A stretch of DNA of 64,000 bases from positions 4,368-68,367 of the IMG/VR virus record IMGVR_UViG_3300029952_000010, one strand, 5' to 3'. Shown here piece by piece: positions 48,486 through 57,965 of the stretch (position 1 is the stretch's first letter; every line of letters begins with the position of its first letter). Source of the DNA: a virus. Below the pieces are notes generated by a model. That model saw nothing but the letters and a program-made list of their open reading frames with translations, searched no databases and was not told where the DNA came from. The position numbers were made by a program, and so were the translations under genes.

Positions 48486-48962
48486 ATGGCAAATTCAATC
48501 AATCTAACCGTAGTCGTTGACCCGAATGCGGCAAATCCAAACCCCTACTTACCAAACTCTGTTTACGTTACCGCAAGTGACATACAATGGTTCAGGGCAG
48601 ACACCACAAGCCCCGTCGCTAACGTCGTTACTACGCTTAACATCAAGTTAACCATCAACAACTCCAAAAGAGAGGCGGTTTACCTGTCTTCAACGACACT
48701 TTCCGCACTAACAACAGCGTTTCCGACATTCATCCCATTGGTTGTTTACCAAAATCTTGAAGGAACTGCCCCAACAGGCGGCGCAGGTACAACTTATTAC
48801 TACAACCCTGCCGTTATCCAGTTTTTCTACGCCGATGCCACAACAGGCGTAGGCAGCGTAGCGTCACAGGTTAATATCATGCTTCAAAAAGGCAACGGAA
48901 CCACAAGCGGTAACATCCTTGTTTCCAATACCGCTTCAGCTATCGCAACAGCTTTAGGCTAG
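48486..48962 (+). CDS. Putative capsid decoration/auxiliary protein with internal duplication
   Basis: IQWFRADTT vs IQFFYADAT halves; own terminator. Confidence 0.55.
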   Translation: MANSINLTVVVDPNAANPNPYLPNSVYVTASDIQWFRADTTSPVANVVTTLNIKLTINNSKREAVYLSSTTLSALTTAFPTFIPLVVYQNLEGTAPTGGAGTTYYYNPAVIQFFYADATTGVGSVASQVNIMLQKGNGTTSGNILVSNTASAIATALG

Positions 48963-48969
48963 GCACAAG

Positions 48970-49006
48970 AAAGCCCGGAATGCGTTTTGCACCCGGGCTT
49001 TTTATT
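48970..49006. terminator. Intrinsic terminator between convergent genes
   Basis: AAAGCCCGG...CCGGGCTTTTT. Confidence 0.8.
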
Positions 49007-49030
49007 TATCACAAGGCAATCGGCCGACCC

Positions 49031-49360
49031 TTACTTCGCCTTCAACTCTTCCGCAGCATTCTCCTGACCAGTTCCCTGAACAGGCTCAACCGGATTGTCA
49101 GCACCCGCTACTTTAGCCGCCTCAATCTCGCCTCCAATAGCAGCGTTATCCTTGCCACTAACAGGCTTATATACTCCCGTCTGCGTACCATCCAAAGCAT
49201 CCACCTGAACCTTGCGTATACGCTCAGTTATATCTTCATACTCCGGTGTGCCCCTTTGGTAATTCTCCCTTACCATAACCAGTTTATGCACATCAGTTTC
49301 GTATTTCCAATGCTTCGCCCCTTCCGGCGCACCATCAGGTAGTTCTGTTTCTTTACTCAT
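49031..49360 (-). CDS. Acidic hypothetical protein
   Basis: Operon packing. Confidence 0.65.
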   Translation of the reverse strand: MSKETELPDGAPEGAKHWKYETDVHKLVMVRENYQRGTPEYEDITERIRKVQVDALDGTQTGVYKPVSGKDNAAIGGEIEAAKVAGADNPVEPVQGTGQENAAEELKAK

Positions 49361-49361
49361 C

Positions 49362-49532
49362 TTATTTTTTGGTTTGATTGTTCGATGTTTTTACAGCAAC
49401 TTTCGTGCCCTTTTTCTTCACTTTGCCACTGGCCGCACCCGCACCCCCCATCTTATGGTTGCCAGTAGTAAGCGCCTTGCCGGGATGACCACCCTCCTTA
49501 AATCCGAGTACCTTTTTTGCCGGTTTGGTCAT
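49362..49532 (-). CDS. 56-aa Lys/Gly-rich basic protein
   Basis: MTKPAKKVLGFKEGGHPGK...; ATGA-coupled. Confidence 0.6.
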   Translation of the reverse strand: MTKPAKKVLGFKEGGHPGKALTTGNHKMGGAGAASGKVKKKGTKVAVKTSNNQTKK

Positions 49533-49753
49533 TTCTTCTTCCCCTTCAATCCCGCCTTAATCGCATCGCTCGCATCATCGCCGTAAGTCTTCATACCACC
49601 ACTGCCCTTAGACGGTTTGCCTATCACCCTACCCAATGCAGGATTAGCTTTCTTAATGCTATCCACCCGCCTCGTAGGTACTTGCCCACCCTGTTTCAAT
49701 ACAGAGTAATTAGTCGTGTCACGCTTTGCCGGGGTTACTTTTGATTTTGCCAT
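49529..49753 (-). CDS. Small basic protein
   Basis: K-rich 74 aa. Confidence 0.65.
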   Translation of the reverse strand: MAKSKVTPAKRDTTNYSVLKQGGQVPTRRVDSIKKANPALGRVIGKPSKGSGGMKTYGDDASDAIKAGLKGKKK

Positions 49754-49755
49754 AA

Positions 49756-49983
49756 TTATTTCTTCTTTATAAATGTAACTTTTGTGCTATCACCAACCCT
49801 TGTTACACTTGACGCTTCAGGCATATAGCCCTTCTTTTTTAAACTATCTACCGTTTTTTGTTGCTGTGGATTTGGTCTGTCTGCTACTGGAAATTTTTTG
49901 GTTATAACATTTGATTGCTTGGTCGGAGCAGTTTGCTTTTTCTTAATTGCCCCTACTTGTTGTTTTGTGATTTTCTTTGCCAT
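49756..49983 (-). CDS. Small basic protein
   Basis: MAKKITK; TATATTTG at 49996-50003. Confidence 0.65.
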   Translation of the reverse strand: MAKKITKQQVGAIKKKQTAPTKQSNVITKKFPVADRPNPQQQKTVDSLKKKGYMPEASSVTRVGDSTKVTFIKKK

Positions 49984-50052
49984 GATTGTTTCTTTCAAAT
50001 ATATAAAAAACTCATTCTATTTCACAACAGTATGAGTTTCACCTTTTAAAAA

Positions 50053-50652
50053 TTATTTCTCTTTCCTTACGCTTAATATAACATCACTCCAATACTTCGC
50101 CCCTTCCGGTGATTTAGCATGATCGAACGCCTGCCCAATCGCCTGTGAAAAAGTTTCAAATTCTTCATCCCACTTTTCTCTGGGAGTATTATCGAAAGCT
50201 TTCATACGTGCTTCTTGCGGCAAGAAAGTTTCAAAATAATGACGCAATGAGAAATAATTAATAACACATGGGCGTGGATATAAATTACCTAATGATGGAT
50301 TTATTTTACTGTAAAGCCTATTAAAGAACGCTGTATATACCCATCCCAAATCTTTAGCCAATTCTCCATCAACTCCATTGTAGAAATATGGTTTAGACCA
50401 TTCTGAAAACTTTACCAATAAGTTTTCTTGATAAGAAACGTCAACATCTGTTTCTACTGCCCTTATCTCATATACATTTCTTTCTGGAGTTGTAGGAATA
50501 AATATCACAGGAACGTTTTGCGCCAACATAGCAAATTCACGCAGCATTTTGTCTGGCATTGTTACCGATTGGTCACTGCCAACATTCAATGACAATTCTA
50601 AATAAGGTTCTTTTTTGTTGAAATCATACTCAACTCTTAATTTTGTGTTCAT
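50053..50652 (-). CDS. Hypothetical protein
   Basis: C-terminal AF....SPEG..YW motif. Confidence 0.7.
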   Translation of the reverse strand: MNTKLRVEYDFNKKEPYLELSLNVGSDQSVTMPDKMLREFAMLAQNVPVIFIPTTPERNVYEIRAVETDVDVSYQENLLVKFSEWSKPYFYNGVDGELAKDLGWVYTAFFNRLYSKINPSLGNLYPRPCVINYFSLRHYFETFLPQEARMKAFDNTPREKWDEEFETFSQAIGQAFDHAKSPEGAKYWSDVILSVRKEK

Positions 50653-50694
50653 ACTTTACTTTCTTATCCGCTGACAACATCGTCACACGATAAT

Positions 50695-51105
50695 TCAAAT
50701 GTATGGGATAGGTTTGGTATTTGCAATAGCTTCATAGTATTTATCGGTTATGTACCCAATTAAATACGCATAAGCTTCATCGCTATCTTTTGTCAGGCTT
50801 ATATTAATGTGCCTGAATATCATATCAACCACATGGAATATTTCATGAGCGATAGTGCCCGACGAAGCCTCTAATCCTAGCCTTACTATTGTTTGACAAT
50901 GCCCCCTGATAAATAATGTATGCGCATTCTGCCCCTTTATTGAACCGAACAGGAAGTCATCTTCAGTAGCTAATTTATAAGCCGCTTTTGATAATCTGCT
51001 CTTCATTTCCGACTTCAACTCTTTATCACTCTCCCCAATAGAGAACATGATATCGAAAGGGTAAATAACAAGTGGTACTATGAAATTCATTCTGTAAAAA
51101 TACAA
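50695..51105 (-). CDS. HExxH metallopeptidase-like protein
   Basis: IAHEIFH...DEAYAYL; start probably MNFIVP. Confidence 0.65.
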   Translation of the reverse strand: MYFYRMNFIVPLVIYPFDIMFSIGESDKELKSEMKSRLSKAAYKLATEDDFLFGSIKGQNAHTLFIRGHCQTIVRLGLEASSGTIAHEIFHVVDMIFRHINISLTKDSDEAYAYLIGYITDKYYEAIANTKPIPYI

Positions 51106-51426
51106 AAATTTTGTAGATAGGGGGTTGGAGGATTACCCCCACCCATTTCGCCACCCTACCCCTTAACATAAACCCGATCCCCTACAAGCCACGCCCCTCT
51201 CTTTTTTGACTTTGCAAACCGGCTTGGTTGGTTTTAACTAAGTGGTTGCGTCTGGCTGATAAAGCAATTACAAAAATGCTTATTAAGCGCATCAACATCT
51301 AATGGTATAACATACGCATTGCTACTACTTACACAATAATAAGCCATCCTTACATCAAACTGTATTAATAAATTGGTCAATAAGTCGGAATCATTGGTCA
51401 AAAACACGGAATATATAAAATAACAC

Positions 51427-51457
51427 TTGACACGTATTACTAATTGTATTACATTTG
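51427..51457 (+). promoter_or_regulatory. Early promoter with GTATTAC direct repeat
   Basis: TTGACA ... TACATTTG; GTATTAC at 51434 and 51446. Confidence 0.65.
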
Positions 51458-51484
51458 TATCATACAATTAAACAAAGCAATATT

Positions 51485-51727
51485 ATGAAAACTCAAATCA
51501 ACTTCCACAGGATTAACAACGATGTAAATGGCAACCCTCGCTATGTATGCCACTTTTTAGCAATTAACAACGACTATGATGAAGCGGTTAGATTAGCCCG
51601 TAAAATGGGCGGTAAACGCTTCCATAACAAACAATTTGGTGGCGGAATAGTATTTCAGTCATATAATTTGCAAGATACTGAACGCCATATTAACGAATTG
51701 AAAGGAGTTGTTAAATGCCACGCATAA
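51485..51727 (+). CDS. Conserved phage early hypothetical protein
   Basis: RINNDVNGNPRYV.HF...GGGIVFQSYN. Confidence 0.7.
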   Translation: MKTQINFHRINNDVNGNPRYVCHFLAINNDYDEAVRLARKMGGKRFHNKQFGGGIVFQSYNLQDTERHINELKGVVKCHA

Positions 51728-51909
51728 AACTAACAGAAACCAAACAACCCGCTCCGATACGGTTATATCCCTCGGAGCGGGAATACATTGAGGCGAAGTA
51801 CAGTAACCTTAGTGAAGCAATCCGACTACTAACCAAAGGCGGGAAGTATGAGGAGCAACAGAGGCAAATCGAATTATTAACCAAACAAATTAAAAACTTA
51901 CAGAAATGA
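51715..51909 (+). CDS. Putative ribbon-helix-helix regulator
   Basis: PIRL....E.I......LSEAIR. Confidence 0.5.
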   Translation: MPRIKLTETKQPAPIRLYPSEREYIEAKYSNLSEAIRLLTKGGKYEEQQRQIELLTKQIKNLQK

Positions 51910-52313
51910 AAACCTTAGAATTAATCGAATTAGCGGCAAACCAATGGAATATCAAATTTAGGGTACAATACTCAAGTCTTGATCTAACCATTGAAGATTT
52001 AGAAGGTGCAATAAATGAAATTAACATACAGTTGCGCGATACTGTTCCAGTATGGATTAAAGTAGCAAAAGACGGCTTACACGCAACTATTTATAACGCC
52101 GCCGGTGTTGAATTGATATACAATCAAAAAGTTGCAAATGAATATTCACACTTAACCGATTATGCAAATAAAAATCACACCCTAACCCCCGATCACTTAA
52201 AAAGTGCAAAAAAGGTGTTGCTTAAACATTTGGCTTACAAAAAACAATTACCAGTGTTTTTAAACGGTAAATTCTACGCTGAAACTAAACGTGCTTTAAG
52301 TGGATTAATATAA
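51906..52313 (+). CDS. Hypothetical protein
   Basis: ATGA-coupled. Confidence 0.65.
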   Translation: MKTLELIELAANQWNIKFRVQYSSLDLTIEDLEGAINEINIQLRDTVPVWIKVAKDGLHATIYNAAGVELIYNQKVANEYSHLTDYANKNHTLTPDHLKSAKKVLLKHLAYKKQLPVFLNGKFYAETKRALSGLI

Positions 52314-52474
52314 TGAAAACCATCTACTATATTACAATAGGCACTTTACAAGGTGAAGTAACTACATTTTTGCAGCCATTTACAACTCAATTCAAGGCCC
52401 GTAAAGCGGCTGAAAAAATGATAACAGGCAAGCCACTACTTAGATATTCAATTACTAATAATAAAAATATATAA
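52313..52474 (+). CDS. 53-aa hypothetical protein
   Basis: TAATG coupling; MKTIYY...ARKAAEK. Confidence 0.55.
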   Translation: MKTIYYITIGTLQGEVTTFLQPFTTQFKARKAAEKMITGKPLLRYSITNNKNI

Positions 52475-52479
52475 CCATT

Positions 52480-52638
52480 ATGAAAACAAATTCCATCGCC
52501 GAGCGCATAGCCCTCAACCCGCCACGCTCACCAAAGCCAATTTTATATTGGCAAGCCTCCAACGGAGACAAAAACAACAGCATAGCACTATTACGACACA
52601 AATACGGCAATTCAGTAACCTATAAAGCAATACGATAA
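52480..52638 (+). CDS. 52-aa hypothetical protein
   Basis: MKTNSIAERI...; TAATG coupling to next gene. Confidence 0.5.
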   Translation: MKTNSIAERIALNPPRSPKPILYWQASNGDKNNSIALLRHKYGNSVTYKAIR

Positions 52639-52838
52639 TGACCAGAGAACAAGCAATCAGGGCGCAAAAAGGAACGCCAAGCCCTTACCCTGCATTCACC
52701 CCACAACAAACAAACGGCAAGTTTAGCGAAAATACGCCACTACTACCCCAGGCAACCCTCATCCTCTGCACCATATACGCAACAGTAGCAATATTTTGCT
52801 TAGTTTGCGCCTTAGTAGTCGGCATCATGCAAATGTAA
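52638..52838 (+). CDS. Small C-terminal TM protein
   Basis: Long hydrophobic C-terminus; terminator follows. Confidence 0.55.
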   Translation: MTREQAIRAQKGTPSPYPAFTPQQTNGKFSENTPLLPQATLILCTIYATVAIFCLVCALVVGIMQM

Positions 52839-52859
52839 GCCCAACCACCTCCAATCCCC

Positions 52860-52890
52860 AGCCCGATCCCACAAGACCGGGCTTTTTTAT
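52860..52890 (+). terminator. Intrinsic terminator
   Basis: AGCCCG...CGGGCT then T run. Confidence 0.75.
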
Positions 52891-53242
52891 GTCCTATCCG
52901 CAACCATTTAATTGCGGCTTTAAATAAGGCTATTTAAGACACTTAAAATATATGATGCATATCAATTACAACATCACCGCCAAAAGCACTAAATACGCCT
53001 CCTTTAGTGCCTTATTTGGCAAATGTGTAGTTGTTTGTATTATCTATTATCAAATTCAAATAACATAAAAAAGCCTAAAAACTGCAATAAGATATGTTTA
53101 ATATGACAATTGGCATAAAAATAATGTGTAACTAATTGTGTCTCAGTATATTGCGTTTTATTCCGTCTAATATAACTTATTATTCTAAATATCAAAGTGG
53201 TAAGTTGGTATTTTTAAGGGTGTACTTTTCATGGTCTTTCCT

Positions 53243-53791
53243 TTACTGGTTTAAAATATCTTGCTTAACAACCCGATCCCTAAAAATCTGCATAGGCTTA
53301 AATAAGCCAATTTTAGCCATTTCTATTAATTCAATGGCTTCTGATATACCAATAGCAAAATAAACCTTTGTCGAGGCATTGAATAATCTCTTATGGGTAT
53401 TGTATTGGTTTTGTATATGCTCCGTTGCGCAAGTAACGCCATCTTTCAAAGTTAACTTAGTGCCTAATTTCTTGTTCTCGATCATAAGCGTAAATTCAGA
53501 AAAGTAAATCCTGGTATCTGGGAAACTATCATTAGAATTTTGCATCGAGTGTTGCGACTGCTCCCAAAATGACTTTTTCCCCTCATGCTTAACCGTTTCA
53601 AATGGGACGTTCGGCAAATACTTTTTCATGTACTTTCCAATACTGGACTGTTCTGAAGCTTCTTTGTATTCCGTTTTTTTACGTTCCTTAATGGCCGTAA
53701 ATCCAGTTCCTTCACACTTTTCGCATGGTAAACATAGTGGTTTGCCTTTGTGTCCGTATCCGTGGCATTTGGTGCATAGTTTAGAATCCAT
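53243..53791 (-). CDS. PD-(D/E)xK nuclease (VRR-NUC/resolvase-like) with N-terminal Zn finger
   Basis: CxxCxGxG twice; FPD...IENK; EHI..Q. Confidence 0.65.
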   Translation of the reverse strand: MDSKLCTKCHGYGHKGKPLCLPCEKCEGTGFTAIKERKKTEYKEASEQSSIGKYMKKYLPNVPFETVKHEGKKSFWEQSQHSMQNSNDSFPDTRIYFSEFTLMIENKKLGTKLTLKDGVTCATEHIQNQYNTHKRLFNASTKVYFAIGISEAIELIEMAKIGLFKPMQIFRDRVVKQDILNQ

Positions 53792-53999
53792 ATTTATGTT
53801 TTAAAAAGTTTATTGCATCCTGATCGTTATTTTTTAGGAATATCTTGTACAAATGCCTATCCCTACTTTTCTTATACTCCGTTATTAGCGGATCTTCTAC
53901 CCATTCTTTTACGACTACCTTTCGCTTAACCTTTTCGACCGGCTTAATATTGCCGTTCATGTCGATGGTTATGGATTTTTTGTTGAAACGTTTAGCCAT
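53781..53999 (-). CDS. Hypothetical protein
   Basis: Basic 72 aa. Confidence 0.55.
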   Translation of the reverse strand: MAKRFNKKSITIDMNGNIKPVEKVKRKVVVKEWVEDPLITEYKKSRDRHLYKIFLKNNDQDAINFLKHKYGF

Positions 54000-54008
54000 A
54001 TTTTAAAG

Positions 54009-54308
54009 TTATGCACTTATGCAAGAGTTATGCAAGCCTTGCATAAGTGTAATTTATATGATTATCAGCGAGTTATAGAGGTGTTATGCACTTATGCAAC
54101 TTTTACCGTTCCTTGATATAATAAAAATATATTATATATATAGTTAAAATGTATTATCCTTCTGTTTTTGCATAAGGTGCATAACTTTTTTAAATAAGCG
54201 CAAAAATCTGCATAAGTGCATAAGTTTGGGTAAAAACGGCGTTTTTGATAATGTAAAGGCTGTTTTTTGTTATGCAAACGTTTGCATAAGTTTTGCATAA
54301 GTGCATAA
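54009..54308. repeat. Putative replication origin: 14 TTATGCA/TGCATAA iterons around an AT-rich core
   Basis: Counted by eye; directly downstream of primase-helicase. Confidence 0.75.
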
Positions 54309-54336
54309 GTTTGATTTTTATACATAACTAATTGAT

Positions 54337-56640
54337 TTAAAACAACTTCTCGTAATAAACAGCCTTATTTTGCCCTAATTTAGATAAAATAGTATTCTTT
54401 TTATCACACCACCTTAATAAAAAAGATCTAACGGTAGGTTCTTTAATATTTAACTCTTTCCCTATTTCAATTGCTTTTAATGCCGTGAAGTTTTCCGGCA
54501 ATGCTTTGTAAAATTCGGCAGTTGCTCCAGTTAGCTTATCGGCAGGGTTTACAGGTGTTAAAATCTTCATAGCCTTATTCATATTACCTAAAAAGTACTC
54601 CGTCAATCTGATAGCACGTTCCATACTTTGAACGCTAACGGCATTCCTGAAATCATCAGGATTATTCATTATTTCAATTATTAACGAAAACCTTAGACAA
54701 TAATCTTGGTACTTAGCAATGATACCCTTTACATTATCCGTTACGGCTGAATTGTATTTACGGTTCTTATTGTTAAACCATTCCGCATAAAGCAACTCGG
54801 CTTCGTTGGTTAACTGAAATGTCCTTAAATTAGACCTATGCTGGTTTACCTTATCAATCAAACCCCAATACTCTTGAGTGAGCGCAGCAGGCATTTCATA
54901 TTTAACCCAATCCTGTTTTAATTGCGGTTCAGGATATAGAAATAAAAACCTATGATAAAAACCATTATGCTCATTATCGCTTGTACTTAATGCGTCTAAA
55001 ACCCCGGGCTGTATACCACCTATAATAGTGCAAAACGGGTTTTCAACCTTATCTTCATCTCGACTAATCCGCTGCATTAATATTGGCGATCCGCTCCAAA
55101 GTTCCAGCCATTTTTGTAATTCGTCACCGTCTCCGTATCGATTCATTCTTTTCATAAACCCGCTGAACTCATCAGCGTAAACACAGCAACCCATTTGATT
55201 AAATGACAGTATTTTAATTACCATTTCAATAGTGCTGTCCTTAATTAAAAGTTGACGCATTATAGGTTTTTTAGGCTCGTTGATATTATCGCCTTTCTTT
55301 TGATTTTTAAATATTGCGTACGCCTCTGTGTAGTCTTGTTTTTCTTTTACGTATTCCTTATAGGTAAAAGTATCAATCATTTCTAACGGCTTAAAAATAG
55401 CCTTTAGAGCAGGTGTTTTAGACGCTCCAGGCGGTGCGACAATAGTGAGATATAATATTGGTTTAACAAAATAACCATTGTTTGCTTGCAATTGCGCAGC
55501 GTTACCTATTAATGTAGAAATAGCCCCCAAAGCAGCACCAGCCAAATATTCATGCTGTATAGTCTGAGCATTTATGAAATTTAATATCTCGTCAGGGAAA
55601 ATATCATAAGGGAATTTTAATCTGTCGGGAGTTATTAGGGGTTGATTAGTTACTGGTTGTTGTTCGATTAATTCAATTTCAGCACTATCGCAAAGCATTT
55701 TTAATTCTTGAATAGCTAAAATCCAGTCCTTATCATTTTTATAATAAAGTATTCGGGACGGACTTAAATTCCATGAAGTATCATCCTTGTCAACCCGGTC
55801 ATTAAAGGATGGGAATCCCGGAATTGATGAAGTGAATAATTGTAAATTTTTAGTCCCATAATAAGCCTTTGCCGAATAGGATGCTTTTGAACCGATACGC
55901 AATAACGGCACAAATTTATCCTTTTGCTTTGTGCGATACTTTGTAGCTGCCTCAAGGCCTATACTACTCAATATATGACTAAAAACATCGTCAGAACATT
56001 TACTATCAAATTGGAATAAAATGTTTTCATATTCTAAAGGGTATTCTTTTACAATATTCGATTTTTGGCTTTGTAGCTGCACATACTTATCAAAAGTATT
56101 AGCTACCGATACCAATAATTCAAATTCATCATCCGTCAATTCTTCAATATCTGAAAAGTCATTTGATACCATTTCATAACCGGGTGTAGGCGAACAATAA
56201 GATAGTGTACCACCTGTATAAATAGCGATAACTTCAGATCCGTTTACTTCTCTTGCTAAACCAACCTTTGATTTTAGTTTAGGGTATTTGATGTAAACAT
56301 GGTAACCGGCGTTTCGGGTTTTTTCGATACATACCTTTGATAGTATACTATCATCAACCGAGGCAATGCCTTTCAACCATAAATCGAAAACTGTTTTATC
56401 TTCTGTATTCTTAAGGTCAAAATCAATACATCCAAACGGCGAAAATAATTTTAATGCCATTCCGTTAGCGGTATCAATGCTTTTAACCCATTCGGAAAAT
56501 GTTGCCTCTGTATAATTGGTATCGGTTATTTCGCTGTGTGCTATCCAGTGGTTGGTAGCACTTTTCATTTCAGCATCCCAGATCAAAGGGATAGGTTTAA
56601 GACCTAACTTAAACAAATCAATAAATACACTTTCGTTCAT
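54337..56640 (-). CDS. Prim-Pol primase fused to DUF3987-type helicase
   Basis: IDFD and GYH (AEP); APPGASKTP, DEFSG, IIGGIQP, NGFYHRFLF. Confidence 0.85.
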   Translation of the reverse strand: MNESVFIDLFKLGLKPIPLIWDAEMKSATNHWIAHSEITDTNYTEATFSEWVKSIDTANGMALKLFSPFGCIDFDLKNTEDKTVFDLWLKGIASVDDSILSKVCIEKTRNAGYHVYIKYPKLKSKVGLAREVNGSEVIAIYTGGTLSYCSPTPGYEMVSNDFSDIEELTDDEFELLVSVANTFDKYVQLQSQKSNIVKEYPLEYENILFQFDSKCSDDVFSHILSSIGLEAATKYRTKQKDKFVPLLRIGSKASYSAKAYYGTKNLQLFTSSIPGFPSFNDRVDKDDTSWNLSPSRILYYKNDKDWILAIQELKMLCDSAEIELIEQQPVTNQPLITPDRLKFPYDIFPDEILNFINAQTIQHEYLAGAALGAISTLIGNAAQLQANNGYFVKPILYLTIVAPPGASKTPALKAIFKPLEMIDTFTYKEYVKEKQDYTEAYAIFKNQKKGDNINEPKKPIMRQLLIKDSTIEMVIKILSFNQMGCCVYADEFSGFMKRMNRYGDGDELQKWLELWSGSPILMQRISRDEDKVENPFCTIIGGIQPGVLDALSTSDNEHNGFYHRFLFLYPEPQLKQDWVKYEMPAALTQEYWGLIDKVNQHRSNLRTFQLTNEAELLYAEWFNNKNRKYNSAVTDNVKGIIAKYQDYCLRFSLIIEIMNNPDDFRNAVSVQSMERAIRLTEYFLGNMNKAMKILTPVNPADKLTGATAEFYKALPENFTALKAIEIGKELNIKEPTVRSFLLRWCDKKNTILSKLGQNKAVYYEKLF

Positions 56641-57275
56641 AGTGCTATTTGTTTTAAAATAGCATCCTTTAAACGTCCTTTAACATTAGGCGTTGTAACA
56701 AGCCATTGTAAGTATCTTATCTCATCGTCAGATTTTAACGAACTGATTTCACGACCTGCATATTTACCGAAATTAAGTGATACAGGTTGGTTTGTTGTTA
56801 GATTTGTTATCCAGTAACCGCAATGCACACACCTTGCGGTTATGTTTGGCCCGGATTTGTTTACCTTAAATTCATTAATAGTAGAACACTTTTGGCATAC
56901 AACATCCTTAGTCTTTGTAGCCATTGCAATTGCATAAGTTTCTTCAGTAAAATATTCCCAGTGCCAGTCACTCCATGTATCAAAATATAAAGGATAAAAT
57001 TTATTACCGTTTTTAACAAAGCAATGTTCAATACTTTCTGATCCATCTATAAAAACACGATAGGCACGATAAGTTAAATTGCCTTCAAGTAATATGATTC
57101 TTTGCTTTTTAGACGCTTCAATAGCTTGCGTTACTATTATATCCGATGCAACGTTCTCACAGATTTTGGCGTAGCCTATACCTTTTAAATTGAAACTGTG
57201 CTTTTCGGGGTAATAGATAAATTCATAGTCCATCAACTTAAAGAAGTCGTGGTACTGTTTATCACGTATGTTCAT
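56637..57275 (-). CDS. Hypothetical protein with Zn ribbon and C-terminal FGKY (DUF3820-like) domain
   Basis: CQKC...CVHC; LNFGKY.G..I......YL.W. Confidence 0.65.
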   Translation of the reverse strand: MNIRDKQYHDFFKLMDYEFIYYPEKHSFNLKGIGYAKICENVASDIIVTQAIEASKKQRIILLEGNLTYRAYRVFIDGSESIEHCFVKNGNKFYPLYFDTWSDWHWEYFTEETYAIAMATKTKDVVCQKCSTINEFKVNKSGPNITARCVHCGYWITNLTTNQPVSLNFGKYAGREISSLKSDDEIRYLQWLVTTPNVKGRLKDAILKQIAL

Positions 57276-57283
57276 GTTTTTTA

Positions 57284-57556
57284 TTAACTAATTTTCCATA
57301 ATTGAAGTGAGTTGAAATAAGTTTTTTTACCGGTTTTATCAGTCCACGGACGACCTTTCAAGTTAAAGTCAACAGATACACTTTCCCCTTGTCTAACATT
57401 ATCTAATAAATCGCAACGATCATTAATAGCTTCGATTTTTATAAATTCAGGATATTGAGGGTTTTCCGCATACTCAATTATTAACTCCCTTTTCCTTAGT
57501 TTGTCAGAAACTTGTTCTGTGTTACCAACTTCATGTACGATACCTTGTAAATTCAT
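57284..57556 (-). CDS. DUF3127-family single-stranded DNA-binding-like protein
   Basis: QYP..I..E...D..., FNLKGR.W......YFNSL..WKI. Confidence 0.85.
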   Translation of the reverse strand: MNLQGIVHEVGNTEQVSDKLRKRELIIEYAENPQYPEFIKIEAINDRCDLLDNVRQGESVSVDFNLKGRPWTDKTGKKTYFNSLQLWKIS

Positions 57557-57564
57557 TTTAAAAA

Positions 57565-57655
57565 AATAAAGGCTTAAAACCAGTTCGATATGTTGAAGCT
57601 ATCTCCCCGGTCTTAAGCCCGTTAATATTTTGTTACGCCCTTCAACTGCGTTTTA
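57565..57655 (-). promoter_or_regulatory. Structured 5' leader of SSB gene
   Basis: Loop GTTGAAG complementary to loop CTTCAAC within GGCTTAAGACCGG/CTGGTTTTAAGCC stem. Confidence 0.6.
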
Positions 57656-57694
57656 TTGAAGTACTAATATACAAATTTTATCGCATACTAAGAA

Positions 57695-57952
57695 TTAAAA
57701 AGGCAAATCTGAATCATCCATATCAACTATATGAGGCTTGACAATAGGTGATATATAAGTATGCTCTTTGATAAAATCGTTTATCTCGGCATTACGATTA
57801 TAATCGGTTTCATAATCTCCCGTATAAGGTCTATTATTTAAATCATCAAGCATCCTTAATGAAGTTTGTAATAAACCCTCAACCCTTTCAAGTTCCATTG
57901 ATACACGACCTGCCATATCCATAAAAGCCTCGGTCATTCTTTCATTTTCCAT
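57695..57952 (-). CDS. Hypothetical protein with SSB-like acidic tail
   Basis: Ends DMDDSDLPF. Confidence 0.6.
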   Translation of the reverse strand: MENERMTEAFMDMAGRVSMELERVEGLLQTSLRMLDDLNNRPYTGDYETDYNRNAEINDFIKEHTYISPIVKPHIVDMDDSDLPF

Positions 57953-57965
57953 AATTTAAATTTGT

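Noticed and set aside
54092-54325. 77-aa ORF in the iteron region
   Set aside because: Translation merely reflects the TTATGCA repeats
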